A program made the translations under genes and the position numbers. The notes under the pieces were generated by a model, which had not been told where the DNA came from, searched no databases, and saw only the letters and a list, made by a program, of their open reading frames with translations. A DNA stretch of 64,000 nt from Thraustochytrium aureum (lineage: Eukaryota): assembly GCA_012862495.1 (NCBI GenBank), contig BLSG01000216.1, positions 230,067-294,066 of the forward strand. The letters run 5' to 3'. Positions 23,190 through 36,304 of the stretch are shown here, piece by piece. Every line of letters begins with the position of its first letter. Positions within the stretch are counted from its first letter, which is position 1.

Positions 23190-26100
23190 ATGCTGGCCAA
23201 GCTGTTCGACCGAATCGTGGCCGCGTATCTGGGCCTGGACACTGCCGACGAAAGGGTTCGCGAGGCACGCGCGCTTGCCGCAGAGCGGCTTGGAGACCAC
23301 CTGGCAAAGCATGACGAGAGCAACACTGCCACGCTCAGTGGAGGGCTGTTCCGCAAGGCCCTGCATGGGTTCTGCGGAGCGGGGTTCGAGCTCACGGAGA
23401 GCGAGCGCGCGAGCGTGCAAACCCTGTTCGGCCAAGCGGGCCACATTAGGTACCAAGACATGATACAGGGTGTTAAAGAGCTGCACGGAAACGACGACGC
23501 AAATCGCGTAATCCGAGAGCTGCAGTCGCTTCTGCGCCACGCCAAAGCCCACGGCGTTGACTATGTTGAGCGGTTTGCGCAGCACGACCCAAAGGGAACC
23601 GGGCTGATCAGCACCAAACGATTCAGGCAGGCACTCGGCGAGCTTGGGGTGAGCTTCAGCGAGACGCAAGTTGAGCGTCTCATGCGCTCGTATCAAGGCG
23701 CTCCTGCCGACAAAGCTCGGGTAATGTACCGGCTGTTTCTCCAAGATGTGGTCTCGGGGTCGACCGCTTGGCGTGGCAACGCTGCCCTCGAAAAGGACAT
23801 GGCTCAGGTTCACGCCGACAACATCGACGTTATGGACAAACTCCAGGAATTCGCCCACACGCACATGGCCAGCAACCAAGAAGGCCCACATCAGCTTTGG
23901 ATGGAGCTCGAGCAGCACGACACGGGAATGCGCGGCTGGATCTCTCTCACCGACCTCGCCTCGGCCTTCAAAGCGCTTGGCCTAGAGCTATCGAATATTG
24001 ACCGCCGTCGACTGCAGCTGCGATTTCCCGTTGAGGGCCACCCAGACAGACTGCGCTACAGGGATCTTCTCGCTTCGATCTTGCAGCCACGTGGCCAGGG
24101 CCGGAAGCTCGCCCCCGCGGGGGGTTCGATCGACAAGCTTGGAGAAGAAGCAAAGCTAGCAGCGTCGACGGTCGGGTTGCGCGCTATTGGCAGTGTGCAG
24201 AGGCCTCCAAGCAACAGCTCGGCCTCAAATGCGCTCGAATGCCTTGCGCGAAGTGAGCTCGATGCTCTCCTCGAAAAGATGGCAGAGGTGCGAGCAACAA
24301 AGCCCTACAACGCGATCGACCTCAGGGACGTTTTCGAGCAGTTTGACTACGAGCTCACCGGCAATATTTCGCGCGAGGGGTTCGTGCAGTGCATGACTTG
24401 GATTGGCGTCATCGACGACGCAAACGAAGCGATCAGACCGCGGAGCCGCAACCTCGTTTCTCGCCTTGCCAACCACCTCGAGGTGCCACATAGCGGCGGC
24501 GCCGTGTCGTACCGCACCCTATTCCTCCTCCTGGCCGAGTTTGATCGCGTTCGCGCGCGAGCCAAGGACGCGGCCTGGCAGAAAAGCGAGCGTGAGCTCA
24601 AAGCTCTCGTTTCTGTCATCAAGTCCAAGGTCTCGCACCTCTCCTTGAGCGGGATAGACTTTGAGGAGATTTTCAAGGCCGCTGATGTAGACAGCTCAGG
24701 GACGCTCTCGCACCGCGAATTCCACCAAGCGCTCGCGCAACTGGGTGTAAAGGTCTCACTTGTGACCCTGCCACGCGCGCTCAAGCCGTTCGAGAGGATG
24801 ATGCGTCCCATCGCGTCAGCCGCCGCCAGCGCCATGGACGCCATCTCGTCGTTCACAAGGAGAGCAACCGCAGGCGGCCCAGAAGAGGAGCTACGAGTTT
24901 CCTACGTGGACTTTGTTGAGATGGTCAAGGCTTCCATCGCGGCCGACAAGTCGAGCCCTGGGACCAGCGGGGCGGCCGGGCGGCCTCTCGACGATGATGC
25001 TAGTGTGAACGAGGCGATAGCTCGAGTCGTCAGCCCTTCACATGCCAAGCTGCACGACAGATTTGATGCGATCAAAGCCCTTCGCCAGTCGATCGCCCAG
25101 GTCCTCGTCCACAGGGGAAAGACGGCAGAGGTGCTGCAGGCCTGCTTTGACGATCTCGACCTAACTGACGACGGGGTTGTGCAGGTGAACGACCTCGTTG
25201 AGGGCGTCAAGCTCTTGGGCGTTTCGCTGAGCGAGTTTGAAGCCCGCAGGGTCATGGACTTTCCCTACCTTTTCCGTCTCCCGTCGGCTGCGCCAGGACC
25301 GTTCCAAGAAGACCCGCGCTCGCCCTGGCAGCTTGCCGATGACTTTCTTACTCACCTCGGTAAGCGTGCCTATGAGGTCAACTTTCCTGCCTTCCTCGAA
25401 ATTCTTGGTGTAAACCGCGGCGTGGACACAGCTCTGGACAAAATCAGTATGACGGCTCAAGAAGACCGTCTCTCAACCAAACCCAGGGGAGAGGCGAGCG
25501 CACTACAAACGGATCGCGGGGACAGCGTTGCTGAGGACGCGTCCCCAATCGGTAGGCAAGCGCTTGCGACGCTGCGAACACTCCTCAAAGACCGAGAAGA
25601 GGTTCAATTCACCAAAGATGAGCTCGTGAACTGTCTCTGCTCGCTCTACGCTGCGCGAAGGGAGGTGGATCTGTTTGACCAGTTTGAGGTCGACGACGTT
25701 GACATGTCTGGCTTGGTTGACGAAGAGGAAGCGCGTGCAAAGCTACGAACGGCGCTCGGTCTAGATCTTTCTGTAGCAGAGGCGCACCGCCTGTTTCGCC
25801 GACTCGGCGTGCTCAAAAGCACCCTTGCCACCTCTGAGCGACACTCGCGAGCGCAGGAGGCCCTGTTAATTGCCTCGAGCACGGCTTCGATGGCCGAGCG
25901 CCCATCGCGAGCAAGTCAGCTGCAGGCTCAAGAACATGACACCCTCGTCGACCCGAGGCTGACGGCGGACGCGGTCAGTGCGGGCTCAGGGCGCATTCGC
26001 TATAGGCGGCTCTGCAGAATGGTTTACAAGCAGCTCACGACTCCTCAGTTTGGCGACGCACTTGGCGGAAAGATCCAAAGGGTCGATGCGCTCGCCACCG

Positions 26101-29100
26101 ATGACTTTGAGCTCGATAGCGAGCTTTTCCTCGAGTTCTTACGACACCACAAGCATCTCGGTGAGCTCGTTAAGGCGCTCAAGCCGGAGCCCCGCTTCAA
26201 ATCCCGGCGAGCCGTTTTCGACCTGCTAATACAGTATTGCGACGAGCGCAGCAAGTCCGGCACGCGTGCACTCGTCCAGCGCATCCTACGACGCTTTGAA
26301 AACGACGACGAGCTCATTGACACCGGCAAGTTGGTCGAGATGATCCACATCGACCTTGGCCGCGACAAACACAGCGCCATTTACAAGGCTCTCAGCTCTG
26401 GCGCGAACCAGTTTAAATCACTGCTGGCCCGACTCGAGGCGCTCGACGCCAACTTTACAGGGACAGTTACGCGAAGTGGTGTCCGCACCGTGCTCGAGTC
26501 GCACTTCCGCCAGCACGTCCAACTGACAGACCAAGATTTGGACCAAATCTGCACACGCTTCCAAGCAGGCGTCCAAGCACCAGTCGCAGAGGCCCAGACC
26601 AAGGGCCTCCGAGTGGACTACCGAGCCATGCTTCGGCACTTTTTGCGACCGCACCCAGACCCGCACCCCGCAGGCAGCGAGTCAAAGAGCGAAGGCGGCG
26701 CGGAACGTCGAGCTCTGACGTTGAATGGCTCGCTTGGCGCAACATGGGCCTCTGACGACGGCAAAGCCCACGTGTCCGCATCCCTCGACTTGAGCTCTGG
26801 CGATTTTTCGACTGCGTCGTCGCGCGTCCGCCGGATTTGGAAGTTCCTCTGGGAGGCTAGTGAGGCGGAGCGAGACAACCAAAGCGAAAAGGCGCGGCAC
26901 TCTATCTTGCAGAGCCTCGCGGACTCTGCCAAGAAAAAGGCGATGTCTTACGCCGTGTGGAAGGTGCGAAAGGAGCTACACGAGTATGCCGTCTCGCTTG
27001 TGCAAAAGCTTAACCCGAAACTTTGCGAGGACGAAAAGTCCTGGATCAAGGTTGGGACCGCTCTGGCAGCCATCAGCCTCCTGGTTCGCATGTTGTGCCC
27101 AGGCTTGCCGGTCCCAACACTCGAGGAAGCCTTCCTGTCCTGGTCAAAGTCGAACGGCCATGCGTTCGTCCAAGTCACGCGGCAGGATGGCGTCGACGTG
27201 CAGATCAGCTTTGCCTATGATACAGACCCGGCTGCGCGAAACAGCCCTGGAAACAAGGCCTTTGTGTCCCGATGTCGGTTGTCCTGGAAGTCGTTTGAGC
27301 GAAGCGTGAAGGAAAGCCTGCTTGTCGCACTCGTCGAAGCAAGACAGCGCGAAGACGTCGACGCGGACAAGGAATTTGACGCGCTACTGGAAGATCCGCG
27401 GATAGAGCACGAGGACAATGGCAACCGTGCGGGGAAGAAGAGGATGGTTTTGAGTTCACCCAAGTCGCGCGCTGAGCCGGGCACGCTCAGCCTATTCAAG
27501 CCCCGCGCGACTCTTTCTTACAAGAAGGTTCTCCTTGACGTCGGCCTTCGCCAGCTGGAGGTTCTGGTGCAAGAGGGGAACTTGCTGAGAGCCGAATCGA
27601 AAAAGGAGGAGGAAGCCGAGCTCAAACGCATGAGGGAGGCCGAGTACAAGCGGTTCTGCGAGGCAAAGCAAGAGCTTCGCGTCGCCCTGCCCAAACAGCT
27701 GGCCCCAAGTGGAAGTGGCTGGGATCCAGTTCTCCGCGCATTGCTGGAGCGCCGACCCGGCGGACGCTTCATTCACGCCAACAGTCATGTGGAACTGCAC
27801 AGATACCGAAGCGCGCTCCTTCGCGCCGGTTTCGTTCTGAAGGACAACTTTCGGGACGAGGATGGGGCTGTCAAGACCGACGAGTTCGAGCAGCATCGCG
27901 TCCTTTGGCGCGACAAAGCCTGTCCAGAAAAGGCCAGCCTCGCTCGACGCCAAGGCGCAGACCACCAATTTGGGCTTTGGTGTGAGCGCAAGCAAGCCCG
28001 GGAGCAGGCGGTCCGTCTACTGGCAGACATAGACGCCCCTGCCGTAGCCGAGGGCTCGGAGGCGGATCGCGAAGCGCTTTGGCGCGACGTTGCACGTGCC
28101 CTCAAGGCGATAGACCCCAGCGGTTTGCAGTCTGCGTTTGTACGCTGGTCCAAGGGGTTTGCGTCGCGGGCGCGATGCACATCCGTATGGAACGACGCCG
28201 CACCAGCGTCTGCCGTCGCCGAAAACAGCAAGAACTGGGTTTGGGAGCACCTACGCACGATTCTGATCAAGATTTTGTCCAAGCGCGAGGCCAACTTTTC
28301 ACTCGGATTCCAGAGCGCTGCTCAAGGAGCCTTGCCTGCCTCCGCCAAAGCGTCGGACGCCGCACGGCGCGCTGGGTATGAAAATGTACTTCGCAGCATG
28401 CCCGCCAAGGACTTTCGCTCCATGCTGTCTCACGTCGGCGTGCGGCTCCGTTTGCACGAGGAGAAACGCCTTTTAGAGTTTTTCCCAGGTGTCGACGCGC
28501 ACGGAGACACCATCCCAGGCTCGGTCTGCGCGGACGCGTTCCTCCAGGCTGTTGGGACCGGGAAAGGGTTTCTCAGCAATGAGCTCCACCTTAACAAAGC
28601 CTGGCAGTCCCAGCCCGTCGGCCACCTGGACAGCGGAGAAGTGCACCTGCTCTCGCTCGACGAGCGAGTGCAATTTGCGCTCCAGCTTGCTGGCGCACCA
28701 GAATCAATTGCAGCGGACTGGCGCCAACAGCGAGCTGACTTGCAACGTGGCCTAGTTGCCCTCACTGTGGCGTCCAGACGAAATAGGGCGCGGCGTCGAG
28801 CTGCGAGCGAGCAGAAAGCGGTCTCCAAGCCGCCCAACCGACCATACCTTCGCCGCGATCTCGAGGCGTCCAGCGCGACCGAGCTGAGTCTCGCCTATGG
28901 TGTCGAGTCTACCCCACCAGATGTTCACCAAGGTAAGGGTGGCGCGGACGTGCTGTTCTTCACGCTGGAGCGAGTTCTCGGCGTAGACGCGCGCAGCAAC
29001 AGGCAAGGGTTTCAGATGCTCCTCAGAGACCCGCCGTCTCTTACGACGCCGCCAACTGCGCCGTCTGGACAGTTTCTCGTGCGCGACTTGCGCCCCAACA

Positions 29101-31101
29101 CACGGTACGAGTTTCGCGTTATTGCATTCAACGAGCATGGCCCTTCCGCGGCGACGCGGTTGATTGCATCAACGCTGCCGTCGAGGCCGGGCGTGCCGCG
29201 TTTGGGCACTGTTCGTTGCGAAGGTCGCACAGCAACGTGTTCGATTTTGTGGGAAGAGTCTGGTGACGATGGGCGTCGCCATAGTCCGCGACAAGCCAGA
29301 CCCAGCTCAGCGCGGCGCGCTTCGTCATCGTCGTCGTTGTCGTCGTCGCCACCGCCGCTGCGCGAGACTCCGGCGGTACCGATTGCTGTGCTTCCTGATC
29401 ATTTTCACCTCGGAGCGACGTCCGCTCTTCGAGCCGAAGAAGCACGTGCCGAAAGCGCGGGGCGCGACGAGCCTGCCCAAGACTCTGCTCTGGAGAGCAG
29501 AGGCTCGAGCTCTCGTGTTTCAAGCCAACGCGTCGCCGAGACTCAATACGAGCTCCTGGTCGCTCAACGCGGTGTTGTGAACAGTGACACGGCCCCTCAC
29601 GCAGCCGTCGGCCTCGTCATCTATCGAGGCCAGGCACGCCGGTGCGACGTGGCCGGGATGCGACCAGGTCACACTTACGAGTTTTGCGTGCGAGCAGTCA
29701 ACTCGCTTGGAGAGCCAGGCGAGGTCTCTCAAGCGTGCAAAGTCACGCCGCTCCTTCCTCCAGCAATGCCGCTTGCGCGCATTGCAGCTGGCGCAACGAA
29801 CGAGGTGTCGCTCAAGTGGAAGGCCTTTGACCGTGCGACAGAGGGCGTGGACGCCGAATCAACGCGAGCGAACGACCCATTTGGCGTTCTTTCTGATTGG
29901 ACAGAAACGTTTCGCGCCTGGGAATCCCGCAGCGCGAGCCTGGACAAGGTGCTATACGTTGTCCAGCTGGCCGAAGGCGTCGGATGCGCTCGAAAGCACA
30001 TTCAGACCCAAGAAACCGACTCGCCAAAGCTCGTAATCAGCAACTTGCTCGCCAACACTGCGTACTCGGCCCGACTACGGATTCTATGCAAGCCAAGCGA
30101 CGAGCTGTGTGCCGCAGACGCTTCGAGCAGTCGGCGCGAAGCCCCTCTTCGCTCGCCTTGGTCGTCCTGGAGGCAATTTTCCACGGCGCCGAATCCTCCT
30201 GTGCAGCCAGCACTTGTATTTGCGACCGCGACGAGCCTTACTTTGCGCTGGTACCCCCCGCTGGGCGGGGCTGAGAGCTACCGACTCGAGCTCCAGGAAG
30301 TGGACAGCATGCAAGGGCCGCGCTCTGCCGTACCTGGAAGCGCACCGGTTCCAGGTGACTGGTCGGTCCGATACGCAGGTCGGAGTACGCTAGCTGTCGT
30401 ATCGGGGCTTGTCCCGGGCGCCGTTTTATCGTGCTCNNNNNNNNNNNNNNNNNNNNNNNNNNNNNNNNNNNNNNNNNNNNNNNNNNNNNNNNNNNNNNNN
30501 NNNNNNNNNNNNNNNNNNNNNNNNNNNNNNNNNNNNNNNNNNNNNNNNNNNNNNNNNNNNNNNNNNNNNNNNNNNNNNNNNNNNNNNNNNNNNNNNNNNN
30601 NNNNNNNNNNNNAGTGGGCTCGCCTCGCGCGAGAGCCAACCATGCCAGTGCGACACCTTAACGCGAGAAGAGGATGCGGCATCGGCCCCTGGGCCATCAC
30701 GGGCAAGGCTGGACTTTACGATCCCGTGCGCGAATCGCGACGTGGTGCTCGGCGATCTCGTCCTGTTCACGGAGAGAACGGGCTTGCCATGCTACAGAAC
30801 GATTGCAGGCCGCGTCGTGGTTGTGCGATCGGCGGCTTCATCGTCGTCGGTACGAAGCAAGGCGCAAGAGACGTTGTACTGGTTTGAGGTCGAATGGTGC
30901 ACGGTCTCGAGCAAGAAGAACCGCGAGCGAGTCGAACTTGCGCGAGGCGCCCGGATCCAGCGGCGTGCAAGCGAGGTGTTTCAGCTTGAGGCCGAGCTTG
31001 GCGTTTATCGAATGGCCTGGGTTGAGGAGCAGCAACGTTGGACGCAGGCAGAGGAGGCCGCGCTAGAGCGCGCAGATCTCCAAGACGAGCAGCAGCCTTG
31101 A
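23190..31101 (+). CDS. Giant (~2600 aa) multi-EF-hand protein with two PriCT-2-like helical motifs and C-terminal fibronectin type III repeats (gap 30437-30612)
   Basis: The ORF is uninterrupted for 7.2 kb. EF-hands: HDPKGTGLIS, FDYELTGNISREGF, ADVDSSGTLSHREF, LDLTDDGVVQVNDL, LDANFTGTVT. FN3 motifs: LRPNTRYEFRVIAFNEHG, MRPGHTYEFCVRAVNSLG, LLANTAYSARLR. It continues after the gap to the stop at 31101. Confidence 0.85.
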
Positions 31102-31258
31102 TCTGCTCCCGAATGAATGGAGCATCGCGCAGAAATAATCGATGGTGAGAAATTAATGGTTGAATGGTTGAGGGCCGTGCAACGCTCAGGCTCCATGATG
31201 GTGCAGAAATACTATCTGGTTTCTGGAGAGTATTTGGCGTTCGAGTTCGAAAACTAAA

Positions 31259-34200
31259 CTACTCTTTTCCCGTCGGCGCAAAAGACCCTTTGAGGCGCTG
31301 CCGCAGCCCACCAAACCACTCTTGAAAACCCGCACGTGTTGCGTCACGCGCCGAATCACAGACAAGCCCGTCTTCCGCGAGGGGGAGAAGCCAGTCTCCG
31401 GCATCCTCGTCCGAGGCTGGGGTTTCACTCCCTTCCAATGCAGCTCGAGAGAGGGCCGCGCGCTTTGATGCAATTGCAGCAAACGCGTCAAGGCAGTCCC
31501 GTTCATCTTCAGTCCGGGGTACAGGGCATCGCGGGATGACGACCTGCCCTGTTTCGTCGATCTTGTGTCGAAGGTGCGCGCGAGCCTTCGACCTCGTCGC
31601 GCGGCGTTCTGGGCTTGAAACAGCCTGCGAGACGTCGGTCTTGTCCTGCAGGGCTTTTGACTTTTGGGCCTTGTCCTGCGCAGCAACGGGATCGGCTACG
31701 CTCTCCTCGATCGGGTCGAAGAACTTGCCCGACGTGAAAATGGCGCGAACCTTGCTGCCAGCGAGGGATCGACCAGCGTGCTCTGACTCCCAGCCTTGCA
31801 GGGTTTCTTCAACGCTCTGCTCCCAAGCCTTTTCACGCACTAATGCGAGGCCTGGAGCAGAGGAGACACACCTTAGCGCCCAGGAAATCTTTGGCGCGCC
31901 AGCCTGGCCCTTTAGCGCATCGAGTGAGGCTGTTGCGGAGGCGGCAGGTTCTTCTGAGCAACCTCCATCGACAGGCTCCTTTTTGCCGCTTAGAATGGAG
32001 TCCACCGGGACTTGCGCAACATCCCAGTACGGCTCACGTGCGTAGAGGCTCTCGTCCAGGAGCACGCCTTGCAGCACGAGCTTTGCGGACTTGCTGGCGT
32101 TGCTGAGAATAGCGGCGCATTCGGCTGGGAGGCAGTGCAAATCCGCGGAAACTGTCCCATCCGCGCGAAGCATGCATGTGGCGCTCGCAACAACGCGGTC
32201 CCCGGCGGCGACTTGACCCGAGGCAGCCTGCGCTTCCAGGTCCTGTACAACCACTTGAAGCTCAAAAGGGGCGCTTGCGCCTTCCACTGCAAGACGCACC
32301 GAGAGGCACTCCGGGTTTGATTCGAGCCAATCGCGGAAGAGGAGCCCGCGGCTGTTCGCGAGGTACTCGCTTTGAAACTGCTCGATTGCGGAGACGTCAA
32401 GCTCGCGCGGGGCTCCAATAAGGCCCTTAGCAGCCGCGAGCTGCAGCCGAAACGAGCCTGCAGGCACCGAGCATCGCGGCGGGGCAGAGACCATAACAAT
32501 GAGGTCAAACGAAGAGATTCCGGACCCCGGGTGCGCCGACTCGTCGCCGCCGTTTTCGTCGACCGCTGGCTTGCCCCACAGCGTCGGGCCAATCCACTGC
32601 CCGTTGTGTGCCAGCGGAGAGCTGTTCACTCGGCTCACCTCGGAGGTGTCAAGCCGGACAAGAAGCACCTGCAGGAAAGCTCCAAGCTGCGCGTCACTGA
32701 GCTCAAGAGAGCCCACCAAGCGCCCTTGTGACTCGACCGGGCTTACCCGATACCTTGCGGCTATCTGCCAGTCTCCAGCGCTAGTCGCTGCAAAGCTGCC
32801 TTGTACGCACTCCAGGGCTAGGGGCTGACCTGTGCCTTCCGAGATCAGCTGGGCGGCCTCAAGACAGTGCATAAAGACGGGTTTGATTGCGCCTGCGAGG
32901 GAGACGACGCGAAGCGCGCAGCCCAAAGCCGCATCAAGGCTCACGACAAACGCTGCGCCAGGTTCAACGTTGAGCTCCAAGCAGGCAACACCATCGCGGC
33001 TATCGCAAGAAAGCTTCAAGCAGGATGCCGGGTCCTGCAGACGCGAGAGCAGGTCGCAACCGCTAACGGGATCGACGTCTTCCTGGAGAATTCTGGCGAC
33101 CGTCACTGTTGCTCGCGAGGCGCAAGCGGCAGAAGCAGCGTCGCAAGACAGTTGTAACAGCACGCGGCTAGGAGCGTTACCGTCCGACGCGCCGATCGCC
33201 TCGGAGCAGCCCTCGTCGTGCGCAGAGATCACCAGGGCCTGACCTGTGGCGGCTGCGCTTCTGGTCCACTTGTGGCCCGTTTCTCTAATCTCTTCAAACA
33301 CGTCAAGGTCTCCACCGCCCGGCCTCGCCTCTGATGGAATCCACGTCCAATGGTCGTGTAGCGAGGCTTCCTGCATGCCAGGTGGCAAAGTTTGACAGGT
33401 AACGCGAGTCCACGCGCCTTTGCCAGTCGTCTCACGAATTCGCGCAAGCTCTGCCAAAGAGACCCAGAACGTGTCAGCAACAGACCAGTCTGCAACGCAG
33501 GCGCGGGTGCCAAGGACGCCTTTCAGGCGAACTGCGTCGTCAGAGACCTCGCACACAGCGTAGGAAGTGCGGGCGAGCAGGCTGCACTCCACCTCACGCC
33601 ACTCTTCCTCGCCCATCTGAGCGATTTCAGCCAGACGAATTGAGCGATGTCGAGCGAGTCGCTCTTCCTCGTTTTCTTCAGCAGAGTCTCCGGCAGCTGC
33701 CTTCGGTGCTTTGGGCTTTTCCTTTTGCGCTGCTTTGCCCTTGGCTGGAGCGGGGGGCTCTTCGGAAGCTGCTGCTTCAGGGCTAAGAGCGACCGGGTTG
33801 CCAGAGACGGGAGGCGGGCGCTCGGCGCGCATAACGCGGCATGTAGCAGCAAGAGGCTTCTCGCCAACCTCGAGCAGGGTGATTTTGTCTCTGGAAGCGC
33901 TCAAAAGCTCCAGCGCGCGCTCTCGCGCCTCCTTGTACCGCTGTATAGCGACCTGAAAGGAGACTTGGTTGAAAGGCACAAACTCGACTCGTTTGCTGCG
34001 GGCTTTCTTCTTCTTGCGCTTCTTCTTGGCTGAGACTGGAGACGTCGGCGCGGCCGTTTCCGTCCCTTCGAGGGCTGAGGCGCTCCCTCCTTCTTCAGCT
34101 GGCGCAGCGCCGGTGTTTTCTTCAGCGCGTCTCTCGGCTTCCGCTTGCTCGAGCTCAAATGCGACGCGTCTATTGATTGCTTCCTGCTCTGACGCCTCGT

Positions 34201-35439
34201 AGATCGCTAGAGCCTCGAGGTTTTGCGCCTTTGTCGCCTCCGATTTGGCCAGCGTAAAGTGTTCCCAAGAGGAGAAGAAGTGGTCCTCCTTTCGTGGCTC
34301 GTTGATGAGGTCCCACTGTATACCGCGGGGCGCATGCTCGCTGATGTCTTCAACTGGCGCGTCGCCTGCTTCGACTTTTTCGAGGATCGCCCAGTCCAGC
34401 AAGACTTGAAACGGGTTTGTTTTGAGCGCACCGTGGTGGTTAGTTTGACTCTGAAGCCACAGGAGCGCTTTCTCAACGATTGCTGGCCAGAAATAGACAA
34501 CTGGTGCAAGGTGGTCGGATTTGGCCGCGTCGAGATCGCCTCCCAGGTCTGTCGCGCCTGCCCCCTGCTCTTGGAAAACGCAAGGTGACAAGGGCAAGTG
34601 CGTCGCGGGATGCACGGGAATGCGGTCGTCAACGACAATGTGGCGCACGCAGCCGTCCAGCATGACCTGAACCGAGAACAAGGAGACTTCCGTTCCGTCG
34701 TCCAGTGTCCGTTCGCCGCAGGGCTTGACGCACTCCCAAAGGAACTTGCCCGTATTCACCTGCATTGTAGCCCACTGTGCCACGGACACAAACGAAGCAA
34801 ACGGTGCAAGCGCTGCGTGCCACTCGACTTTGGCGTACAGATCCTTTGTAGACACACGCTCCCTGCACGGCCCAGAATCACTCTGTTGCGCTAGAGTAGC
34901 CCCAGGAAAGCACTCCTTGACAGGCTTCCAGTCGCGCTCGGCGCAAGGTTCATACACGCCCTCGATAATCCCGACAACCGGGCCGTCGTAAGCCGCGTCC
35001 ACCGTTGCGGGCACCANNNNNNNNNNNNNNNNNNNNNNNNNNNNNNNNNNNNNNNNNNNNNNNNNNNNNNNNNNNNNNNNNNNNNNNNNNNNNNNNNNNN
35101 NNNNNNNNNNNNNNNNNNNNNNNNNNNNNNNNNNNNNNNNNNNNNNNNNNNNNNNNNNNNNNNNNNNNNNNNNNNNNNNNNNNNNNCGTAAGCCGCTCCA
35201 CCGTTGCGGGCACCAACTTGGCGGCTTTGTTCCTGGCAAACGGCTTGAACTGCGTCGCCTGCAGTCCGCCAAAGCACTGTTAGCGCGCCACACTCGCCTA
35301 CCATCGCGGTTTGGGCACTCGCAACTCCATGCAACAAACACACACTTACCTCGTCGACCTCCGCGGGATACCCCGCGATTGGCGCTCGCCCTCCTGCATG
35401 TCCAGCATTCGCGGCGCTCTCCTTTCGCGTCTTCGACAT
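31259..35439 (-). CDS. ADGB: Androglobin-like protein (calpain-like N-terminal domain, ADGB-type C-terminus). Exon 1 is 35350-35439; exon 2 starts at 35258 and crosses the false gap
   Basis: Calpain-like segment FLWECV...FSVQVMLDGCVRHIVVDDRIP...FWPAIVEKALL and ADGB-like C-terminal WALRCVS...LQGWESEHAGRSLAGSKVR. Splicing the 91-bp intron and collapsing the duplicated gap flanks gives one continuous ORF. Confidence 0.7.
35259..35349 (-). other. Canonical spliceosomal intron (91 bp) in the androglobin-like gene
   Basis: GAG|GTAAGT donor, GCTAAC branch point and CTGCAG|GCG acceptor; phase 0 and restores the frame. Confidence 0.85.
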
Positions 35440-36304
35440 CCCGCCTCACGTCCGCGCCAAGCACGCGCACTCTTCGCTACTCGGCGGCTCTTGCAATCAA
35501 TCAAGATGCTGCCGCGCCGTGCCGCACGTCGAGCGAGCCGCTTGGACGCTGCCGCGCGAGTCAGGCAGGAGACCTTCTTCGATGCGCCAGGGATTGGTAC
35601 GAATCCAGTATCGCACGGGATGGATGGCTGCCCGAATATTGCTCCTTGAAAGAGCCGTGTCCAGTCGCAACGCCCAGCCGCAACGTCCAGCCGCTGCCGC
35701 CAGCCTCCTGCTGCGACGGGGATCTGCTGCGACGGGGATCTGCGCAGACAGGAGGTCGGTTTGCTGCTCGCTTGTCCGGTAGGTCCGTTACGTCCGCCCC
35801 GGTTGTGCGCGGACTTGCAGTTCTCTTCCCTTGCTTGCCTCGGTGGGCTGGGTTTGCGTGGCCGTGGCGAAGGCCGATCGAGCCGTGGGCTTCGTGCGCT
35901 TGTCTGGCGGTATGCTTGCCTGGCTGAGGGGCTTTCCATGCTGGTCGGTCGCCTGCCGCCTGGTTGCTCGTGGAGTAAAGAATGAACTACATGGCGTTTG
36001 CATTTTGAAGCAAGCTAACTCTAGCTAGCGCTCTACTCTCTGGAGAGCGGGAGCTGCCGTACGTGGAGCCGTAGGTACCGGCTGAGCGGTCGGTCCAAGC
36101 GGATTTCCGAGCGTGCGCTTCCGCGAGAGCGAGCATCGCTTTCAACTCCTCCTACTTGCGCGTACCTCCTTGCACAGCCTTGCTGCCAGTGCAGATGTTC
36201 GCCCCACTCCAAGGCACTCTCCAAAGCTCTAGCTAGAGCCCTCGGGCGTGCCCTCGGGTCGACCCAGAGCTGCTCCACTACCGCTCACAAGCTCACAAGC
36301 AAGC

